Origin: Podarcis muralis
Lineage: Eukaryota
Reading direction: 5' to 3'
Assembly (NCBI RefSeq): GCF_964188315.1
Contig: NC_135661.1
Coordinates: 15,748,001-15,812,000, forward strand
DNA length: 64,000 bases
A program made the translations under genes and the position numbers. The notes under the pieces are model-generated. The model searched no databases and was not told the origin of the DNA. It worked only from the letters and a program-made list of their open reading frames with translations. Of this stretch, positions 56,882 through 64,000 are shown piece after piece (the stretch's first letter is position 1; each line of letters starts with the position of its first letter).

Positions 56882-57585
56882 AAGCAAGAACACAGGTCTC
56901 TGCCCCTAAAAATGTACAATCCAAAATTCAATGCACTGGAGACAGTCGAAGGCAATGGGGGGGGGGGCGCTTTTCTTTTCTATTTTAGGACAAGAGAGAA
57001 GCAGAGCTCTCAGCCGCCGCCACTGCGTAGCTAAAACCTTCGCTAACGGGGCCTCCCGCTGCCGTTGCACAATTTCTGTTCTCATCCTGAAGCAAAGTTC
57101 TTAACCCCAGGTACTATTTCTGGGATAGCGGAGTATGTACCCTGAAGCGTCTGTCACCCGAGGTACCACTGTACTTGATTTAGAGGTGGTACCTCGGGTT
57201 ACAGACGCTTGGAGGCTGCGCTACATCCCGTCAGGCGAGAGCCCCGCTTCCCGTACCCACCCGCAGGCTGCCTGTTGGACGCCAGCGAGGCGCAACCGCA
57301 GCCCCGGCTCTCCCTGTGCGCCCACCTCCCCCCCCCCCACCCCATGCACCCTTGGGACGCACCGTCGAGCGAGAGCAACGACTCGTGGAGCTTGCACTGG
57401 ACCTGCCCGGTGCTCTGCGAGGCGCAGCTCATCCAGAGGCCCTCGTACAGCCCGACGGCCGTGATGATGGCGTCCCCGGCGTAGGAGCTCTGCTTCCATT
57501 GGGGCAGCGCCGACGAGCAGATGGAGCCCACCAAGCCGCCCAGGGCCATGAAGTAGCCCACCAGCTGCAGCCCCGCGCTGGCCAT
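48939..57585 (-). CDS. CLDN19: Claudin-19, complete, 209 aa (AREYV isoform)
   Basis: Exons 57585-57363 (223 nt), 52928-52764 (165), 51234-51150 (85), 49095-48939 (157); total 630 nt. The sequence [59 protein letters not shown] and STAREYV is diagnostic for CLDN19 rather than CLDN1 or CLDN7. Confidence 0.93.
49146..50504 (+). mobile_element. Probable solo LTR-like element interrupted by an L2 tail (49225-49460) and a hAT MITE
   Basis: Inverted termini tgtcga...tcgaca; internal GC boxes, CCAAT, atttaaa and a degenerate caataatgttgtagcc polyA region; no conventional TSD. Confidence 0.55.
49868..50184. mobile_element. hAT (Charlie-like) MITE
   Basis: TIR catgggtaggcaaac...gtttgctgacccctg; TSD cgttaaag/tgttaaag; internal direct duplication. 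Confidence 0.75.
53097..53450 (+). mobile_element. Sauria SINE, diverged
   Basis: Recognisable head, body and tttacc tail. Confidence 0.85.
53574..54329 (+). mobile_element. Solo LTR (Gypsy-like), 756 bp, antisense in CLDN19 intron 1
   Basis: Inverted termini tgtcagg...cctgaca; perfect 5-bp TSD AGTGC (53569-53573, 54330-54334); AATAAA near 54256. Confidence 0.9.
54349..54644 (+). repeat. Degenerate 20-bp motif repeated 5-7 times with non-identical spacers
   Basis: Consensus TGACAYAKRGGCWAAGGGCT at 54349, 54392, 54444, 54501 and 54557; weaker copies at 54600 and 54630. Confidence 0.7.
55305..55535. mobile_element. Tigger-like MITE, main family
   Basis: TIRs and TA TSD. Confidence 0.9.
55739..55958. 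mobile_element. Tc1/pogo-type MITE (family 5)
   Basis: Inverted ends attggcccgaatataagcc...ggcttatattcgggccaat. Confidence 0.65.
56030..56265. repeat. Diverged tandem duplication, period about 117 bp
   Basis: gaggcttcctttgaggcaaggttcaccaggggtcac... versus gagccttcccttgagacgaggctcaccagaggtcac... Confidence 0.7.
56300..56630 (+). mobile_element. L1-type 3' fragment
   Basis: [31 protein letters not shown], the same family as the 2777-3406 insertion. Confidence 0.7.
57030..57209. mobile_element. Partial Tigger-like MITE plus an adjacent inverted TIR fragment
   Basis: Right half of the MITE ends at 57171; second TIR fragment at 57186-57209. Confidence 0.75.
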
Positions 57586-57900
57586 GGAGAGAGGGAGAGG
57601 ACCACGGGGAGCGACGGCAGGAGGAGGAGGAGGAGGAGAGGGCTCGCCTCTTCCGACGGGGCGATCTGCAGCAGCGACTGAAGCGGCGGCGGCCGACGAT
57701 GCCAGGGGCCGCCCCCGCGAGGGAACACGCTCTGGCAGCGGACGAGCTCGCCCGCCCGCGCTCCCTTGCTCTCGTCCTCTCTCTCCCCCCACCCCATAGC
57801 AAGGCTGGCCCCGGAGCGGGAGGAGCCAGCCCTCGAGTCCAGGCAGCCTGAGCACCGCTGGGCCCTTCGCAGCGATGAGCAAAAGGCATCACACAGAACC
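57200..57900 (-). promoter_or_regulatory. CpG island over CLDN19 exon 1 and proximal promoter
   Basis: High GC and CpG density spanning exon 1, the 5' UTR (with a (CCT)n tract on the minus strand) and the start of intron 1. Confidence 0.75.
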
Positions 57901-57911
57901 TCAGAATGGTA

Positions 57912-58126
57912 CAGTGGTACCTCAGGTTACAGATGCTTCGGGTTACAGACTCCACTTACACAGAAATAGTACCTCGGGTTAAGAACTTTGCTTCAGGATG
58001 AGAACAGAAATCGTGCGGCGGCAGCGGGAGGCCCCATTAGCTAAAGTGGTGCTTCAGGTTAAGAACAGTTTCAGGTTAAGAACGGACCTCCGGAACGAAT
58101 TAAGGTCTTAACCCGAGGTACCACTG
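57912..58126. mobile_element. Tigger-like MITE, main family, in the CLDN19 proximal promoter
   Basis: TIRs and TA TSD; about 330 bp upstream of the ATG. Confidence 0.9.
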
Positions 58127-58624
58127 TAGTTGGAATGGACCTCCCATCCCTTGGCTCTAAGTGCCAAGGGATGTGAGTAAATTTGTAGAGGATCAGGCTG
58201 TAGGGAACATTCTCATGCACACAATAGAATGATGCCTGAAGTCTCCCCCCCTCCCCCCCAGATATGCATCAAAAACTGGTGCATGCCAAGGTTATCTATT
58301 TGAATAAAATATTTGGGGGGCAGGCAGGCATGGGCATAGCCAGGAATTGGGGGGGGGATGACACCCACCTGTCATCACCTTGCTCTGTCTAGCAGATTTG
58401 GAATGATATTTCTCAACAACTGTTGTTTTAAATGACTTTATTTTGCCCCCAAGTGCTCAGAAAAATCTGTCCGAACCTTTCTACAATTTCTACTTTTACC
58501 TAAGGGTTTTTTAATTATTATTTTTTACTTGATTTAGGTAGGGGACAGCTGCCCTTCCTGCTTCCCAGGCTACACCCATGGGGATCACATAATCGCTCAC
58601 AAGTTGCAACACACACACCATTTG

Positions 58625-58990
58625 AATGTGGCACTGTGGTCTAAACCACAGAGCCTAGGGCTTGCCGATCAGAAAGTTGGCAGTTCGAATCCCTGCAACG
58701 GGGTGAGCTCCTGTTGTTTGGTCCCAGCTCCTAGCAGTTCCCAACCTAGCAGTTCAAAAGCACGTCAAGTGCAAGTAGATAAATAGGTACCGCTCTGGCG
58801 GGAAGGTAAGCGGCGTTTCCGTGTGCTGCTCTGGTTTCGCCAGAAGCAGCTTAGTCATGCTAGCCACATGACTAGGAAGCTGTCTGCGGACAAACACCAG
58901 CTCCATCGGCCTATAGAGTGAGATGAGCGCTGCAACCCCAGAGTCGTCCGCGACTGGACCTAACGGTCAGACGTACCTTTACCTTTTTAC
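58625..58990 (+). mobile_element. Sauria SINE
   Basis: Recognisable body and tttacc tail. Confidence 0.85.
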
Positions 58991-60055
58991 CCATCAACTG
59001 GGGAGGGTGAGGGACAGTGCCAGATTATCAAATTGGAAGAGTAGGCACCGTCCTATGGACCCCACACTTTTGAGGGGCCCCAGAACAAGAAATCGAAATA
59101 GCGTTGATTTGATCTTGAAAGAAAATTACAGTCAAACCGAGTAGAAGCTTTGAGATAACTTGCAAGGGCCCCCCTGAGATTTTGACTGCCATGGGGCCTC
59201 CACAGGGTTTAACCCAGCACTGGGGGGGCTCTCAAATATTTTATTGGGGGGGGGTGAAGGGAGCTGGCTCCTGTGGTACATGGGCAGCATTGCAGTCAGC
59301 GTCAGGTGCCTCGTTTAGCAGGATCAGGGCCTCCGAACACAATGGCATTTGGAAAGTTTGACCTGCCCCACTCTCCTTTCTTCAACTCCTGCCCTTTGTC
59401 TAGTAAAGTAGCCCTGAGCTGCATGCTAATGAGCATAACCTTTCCCTCTCCTTGTCCAAAGGCTCGCTTTGTGCTGTGCCTAGGCCCCGTACGTGGGGGG
59501 CGCTTGGCATTTGGGCTGGAATCCGGGTGGGCTCCGTCCGTAAACAAAAAACCTCATTGACACGAGACCGTTGGGAGTGTTTGGCTTCCTGCTGATTACA
59601 TTGACTCTCCCCACCCTGCAAGTATGTGTGTAAAAGAAAGAATGCTTGAAAAAAATAAAAAATAAAAATAATCCTGGTGAAAAAAATAAAAACCACAGTC
59701 ACAAACAGACTATATCTTGCAGTTCAGTGCACGCAGCCTCTGCTGCCCCCAGCGTGCATCCTGGCCCGAGGCCAGAACTCAATTCGCGCCCTGCGCATTC
59801 CTGCCTAAAGCAGTTTGGAAAATTGCTCTGCAGGGTTGCCTTTGAGAGAATTGCTGGTGCGCTCCACCAAGACACATGATTTTTAGAAGTCGGTAGAATT
59901 ATGCATGGAGTCGAGAAAGCAAAGAGCAAAACGTTTCCCTCCCTCTTCATTAACACCAGGACTCCAATAGACACCGAATGAAGTGGAAGGTTCGGGGAGG
60001 GATAAAGGAAAGCACTTTCTTGTGCAGCGCTCAGTTAATCTGTGGAACTCCCTCC

Positions 60056-60257
60056 CAGTGGCGTAGCGTGGGGGGTGCAGGGGGTGCCGGCCGCACCGGG
60101 CGCAACATCTGGGGTTAGGGCAAATCCACGGGTTAGGGGGCGCAAATCCACAGGTTAGGGGGCACAAATCCACAGGTTAGGGGGCACAAATCCACGGGTT
60201 AGGGGGCGCAAATTACTTGCCTTGCCCCGGGTGCTGACAACCCACGCTACGCCGCTG
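60056..60257. mobile_element. hAT MITE (family H2) with internal 22-bp tandem repeat
   Basis: Same TIR as the 25116 copy; perfect 8-bp TSD ctccctcc. Confidence 0.88.
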
Positions 60258-60344
60258 CTCCCTCCCACAAGGAGGCAGCAATGGCCAGCAACATGGGTGG
60301 CTGTAAAAGAGGACCAGACAAATTAATAGGAAAACGTTATTAAT

Positions 60345-60593
60345 GGCGACTCTCCTGCCAACCTAGCAGTTCGAAAGCACATCAAAGCGCAAGTAGATAA
60401 ATAGGTACTGCTCCAGCGGGAAGGTAAACGGCATTTCCGTGCACTGCTCTGGTTCGCCAGAAGTGGCTTAGTCATGCTGGCCACATGACCCGGAAGCTGT
60501 ACGCCAGCTCCCTCGGCCAATAAAGCGAGATGAGCGTCACAATCCCAGAGTCGGTCACGACTGGACCTGATGGTCAGGGGTCCCCCTTTACCT
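60345..60593 (+). mobile_element. Sauria SINE, 5'-truncated
   Basis: Body and tail only. Confidence 0.85.
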
Positions 60594-61631
60594 ATTAATG
60601 GAGACTAGCCATGATGGCCACAATCTGCCTCCATGGTTGGAGGCAATAGTGCTTCTAAAACCAGAGAAGGCGGAGAGGGCTCTTGTGCTCACGTCCTGCT
60701 GCATCTGGTGGCTACTGTGAGAACAGGATGCTGGGTATAGGAGCCATTTGCCTGATCCAGTAGGCTCTTCTCAATGTTCTTATGCGTAAGAGGAAGGCCT
60801 TTTGGAGAAGCCTCAACGTGGGGCTACCCTCTAAGATCACAGAATCATAAAGTTAGAAGGGACCACGTGGGTCATCTAGTCCAACCCGTCAATGCAGGAT
60901 TTTCTTCTGCCTAAGGTTAGACTCAAACTCGCGACCCTGAGATTAACAGTCACATGCTCTACTGACTGAGCTGTTGCAGATGGCTTGGAAACGTCAGGTG
61001 ACGCAGAATATATTCATAGGCTAATAGGTGTGGAGAGGCAGGTTTTCTGAGGGCCCGTTTCACATGTTCTTGTCGTGCATTCTTCCTGACCTGCTTGCAC
61101 ACAGCTTATGCAGAGGTTAGTTTATATCCAGTCTTTATAGAGCATTCGTTCAGATAGATGTGCGGAGGCAGTCATGCAACCATGAGCAGTTGCATTCATG
61201 CTCCGATTCGCTTGTGGGGCGTTTACACGTTCAGTCATTGGTTCATTCCAAACTTTTCAGTGCATTCCCACCCCCACCCACCCCATTTCTCTCAGGGCCA
61301 TTTGCTATAGAGCAGTGGCAGAGAACTCCTGCCTTGCATGCAGAAGGTGAAATCCACAGAATCTCCGCCGAAAGAGAATGGCGCGTTAGCAGACCTGGGG
61401 AAGAATCTGGAGAAGCAGTAGACAAAAGTGGGCGAGATATCATCGGAGTTGATATAATGCACAGCCTGGTATCCTTCCTTGAGGGAGGGGCATAGTTGAG
61501 GAGCAGGATACCCACTTCGCATTCAGAAGGTTAAAGGTTCCACCCCTGGCATTGCCATGTCCTTTACCTGAAGCCCTGGAGAACTCTTGCCAAAAGCACT
61601 CAGCTAAGGGGACCTGTGCTCTAACATGGTA

Positions 61632-61850
61632 CAGTGGTACCTCAGTTACAGATGCTTCAGGTTACAGACGCTTCAGAGATAGTACCTTGGGTTAAGAACT
61701 TTGCTTCAGGATGAGAACAGAAATTGTGCTCTAGCGGCGCAGCTGCAGTGGGAGGCCCCATTAGCTAAAGTGGTGCTTCAGATTAAGAACAGTTTCAGGT
61801 TAAGAATGGACCTCCAGAACGAATTAAGTTCTTAACCCGAGGTACCATTG
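61632..61850. mobile_element. Tigger-like MITE, main family
   Basis: TIRs and TA TSD. Confidence 0.88.
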
Positions 61851-62660
61851 TATAAGGCAGCGTCCTTAGGAGCATACATGGCTCAAAGGAAGAACACCTG
61901 CACTGAGTGCAGAAGGTCCCATGTTGCAACAGCTTGAGGCAGCTATGTTCCTATGAGGGAGAGGGTTGTGTGGAACTGTGTGTGACACTTGTGCAGCTGG
62001 AATACAGTCTGTTGCCACATTTAGAGTCGTATCAACTGACCTGCCCACCTTTAGCACCCAGCCCTTGTCCACCCCTGGAATGTGGCCCCCAGACCGTTCT
62101 CCATAAGGGAATGTGGCCCCTGGGCTGCAAAAGCTCCCCACTTTCTTAGAGCACTTGGATTCTTCTCCTTTCCTTTTTTGCAATGTTCCCGGTTGTGAGC
62201 TTATTACTTTTGGGGGCCCACCAAAACATCACACACCCAAAAAGCTGTCGAGGAGACTCGAACCGCAATCTGATTCCCCTTCCCGACAGCTGAGAAATGG
62301 CCCCTGGCCGAGAGTTGCCCTCTGGGCCTGGTCCTCGCCTGCCTTCCTCTCTCTCCTCCACCTCCGAGCTGCAAATATTTAACTCTCCCCGCTCATTAGC
62401 AATCTGCTCACGCTTTGCAACCTGGCTTTCACCTTTCCTCGCAAGGAGAGCGCGACGGGTTCGCATGTGCTGTGAGGAGGCGGTGTAGACATGATATGAG
62501 GTTTATAGAACGGTGTCTGGCTTGGAGGAAGTGGAAAGAGATTCTCCCCAAACCCTTGTTCATTTGCAATGCCCAAAGCGGGCAGAGGACAGTCAGAAAG
62601 GCAGAGGGGCTGTTACTCTATATTTGAGGTGCGGTGAGGTCCAAATCCAGCTTAAAGGTA

Positions 62661-63012
62661 AAGGTAAAGGGACCCCTGACCATTAGGTCCAGTCATGGCT
62701 GATTCTGGGGTTGTGGTGCTCATCTCGCTTTATTGGCCGAGGGAGCCAGCGTACAGCTTCCGGGTCATGTGGCCAGCATGACTAAGCCGCTTCTGGCAAA
62801 CCAGAGCAGCGCGCGGAAACGCCGTTTACCTTCCTGCCGGAGTGGTACCTATTTATCTACTTGCACTTTGACGTGCTTTCGAACTGCTAGGTTGGCAGGA
62901 GCTGGGACCGGGCAATGGGAGCTCACCCCGTTGCGGGGATTCGAACCGCCGACCTTCTGATCAGCAAGTCCTAGGCTCTGTGGTTTAACCCACAGCTCCA
63001 CCCACATCCCTT
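62661..63012 (-). mobile_element. Sauria SINE, full length
   Basis: 12-bp TSD agcttaaaggta at 62649-62660 and 63013-63024. Confidence 0.9.
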
Positions 63013-63049
63013 AGCTTAAAGGTAGAGAACCTCAAAAAGGAATAGGAGG

Positions 63050-63191
63050 TTCGCCAGAAGCGGCTTAGTCATGCTGGCCACATGACTCAGAAGCTGTACA
63101 CCGGCTCCCTCGGCCAATAAAGTGAGATGAGCGCCGCAACCCCAGAGTCAGTCACAACTGGACCTAATGGTCAGGGGTCCCTTTACCTTTA
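63050..63191 (+). mobile_element. Sauria SINE 3' fragment, inverted relative to the neighbouring copy
   Basis: ggttcgccagaagcggcttagtc...tttaccttt. Confidence 0.85.
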
Positions 63192-64000
63192 ACTGAAAGA
63201 CATCACATTCCTCCTCTCCAGGCTCCCATTGGGCCTTGTTCTTTCCACTGCTCTCTTCGCTGTCACTGCGTTTATTGTCCTTTCTTCTCTTCACTAGAAA
63301 CATCCTTTTTCTCCTTAAGAAAGCGCCTCTCTCCCCTTCATCTGCTTCTACAGTCCCTTTGTGTGTCTCTAATCTTGCAGACCGCCTCCCGTTTCGTATA
63401 ACTGCTTATTTTATGTTGCAGAGCCTTAATTACGAAATGACGTTCCTTCAAATATCTGCGCCGCTCCACCTAAAAACTACTTTTGAAGAAACCTCCTAGA
63501 ACAGGGCAGTCCAGCTTTTCATACCAAGGGGACAGCAAGAGTATTTTGGCACAGAACCTACAGGCTACGTGCCGAATTAAATTGTCCCTATTGTAAATTG
63601 AAGGGTTTGCAATATATGTTAACTCATTTAATATACACCATGTATTTAATTAAATACATATTGAAATACAAAACTAATAAGATTTAATTGTTAAACAAAT
63701 TTAATAAACATGCGCTTTTGTTAATAGTGCATGACATAAAAAATAAAATTTTAAGGCTTTAAAATTTTTCTTGAATGTTGCCGAGGGCTGCCAAAAAGGC
63801 TGCAGACTGAAATGCCCTGTCCTAGGACATAATTGTCCTGGGGGACACTCAGAATCATAGAATTTTAGAGCTGGAAAGGGCTTTGGAGGTCATTCCAGAA
63901 TTAAAACCCCTTTGCTCAATGGAGGACTCAACTGCAGCACCCCTGATGGATGGCCATCCAGCCTCTACTTCAAGGTAGGGAATATTTTTTGCAAGCCAAG

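Noticed and set aside
48939-57585. Calling this gene CLDN7 or CLDN1
   Set aside because: [35 protein letters not shown] and the AREYV ending are CLDN19-specific.
57135-57955. Several long ORFs in alternative frames (244, 121, 122 and 109 aa)
   Set aside because: By-products of the CLDN19 CpG island and flanking MITE; only the claudin frame has valid splice sites and homology.
59280-59640. Unique segments upstream of CLDN19 with FOX-like (GTAAACA) and octamer-like motifs (also 62300-62640)
   Set aside because: They could be enhancers, but short motifs alone cannot be distinguished from chance without conservation data.
60110-60215. TTAGGG-containing tandem repeat as an interstitial telomere
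   Set aside because: TTAGGG occurs once per 22-bp unit inside a hAT MITE that has TIRs and an 8-bp TSD; there is no (TTAGGG)n run.
62661-63191. Inverted pair of Sauria SINEs able to form dsRNA
   Set aside because: Intergenic, about 5 kb upstream of CLDN19, with no evidence of transcription; expected by chance at this SINE density.

Overview
Vertebrate genomic DNA from a squamate reptile, most likely a lacertid lizard (inferred from Sauria SINEs, BovB and the abundant Tigger-like MITEs). Five spliced protein-coding genes can be rebuilt by hand with canonical GT-AG introns and consistent phase. (1) The 5' end of a Gfo/Idh/MocA NAD(P)-dependent oxidoreductase (minus strand, continues off the left edge). 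(2) Complete SLC45A1 (minus, 8 coding exons, 752 aa). (3) A very divergent 5-exon claudin with claudin-16-type ECS1 hallmarks (plus, 24745-31788; called gene A here). (4) A clear 5-exon claudin-16 paralogue (minus, 33528-39617; called gene B here). (5) CLDN19 (minus, 48939-57585) with a candidate alternative last exon. The main finding is this compact cluster of two intact CLDN16-like genes directly downstream of CLDN19. In mammals CLDN19 is the functional partner of CLDN16, but no such neighbours are known there, and CLDN16 lies next to the CLDN19 paralogue CLDN1. The rest is dense transposable-element material: about 13 copies of one Tc1/mariner-pogo MITE, 7 hAT MITEs with 8-bp TSDs, Sauria and other tRNA SINEs, and BovB, CR1, L1, L2 and Penelope fragments. 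Two solo LTRs each carry an open reading frame entering from the LTR 5' edge in the same phase. Family and orthology calls rest on my recall of the human proteins and need database confirmation.
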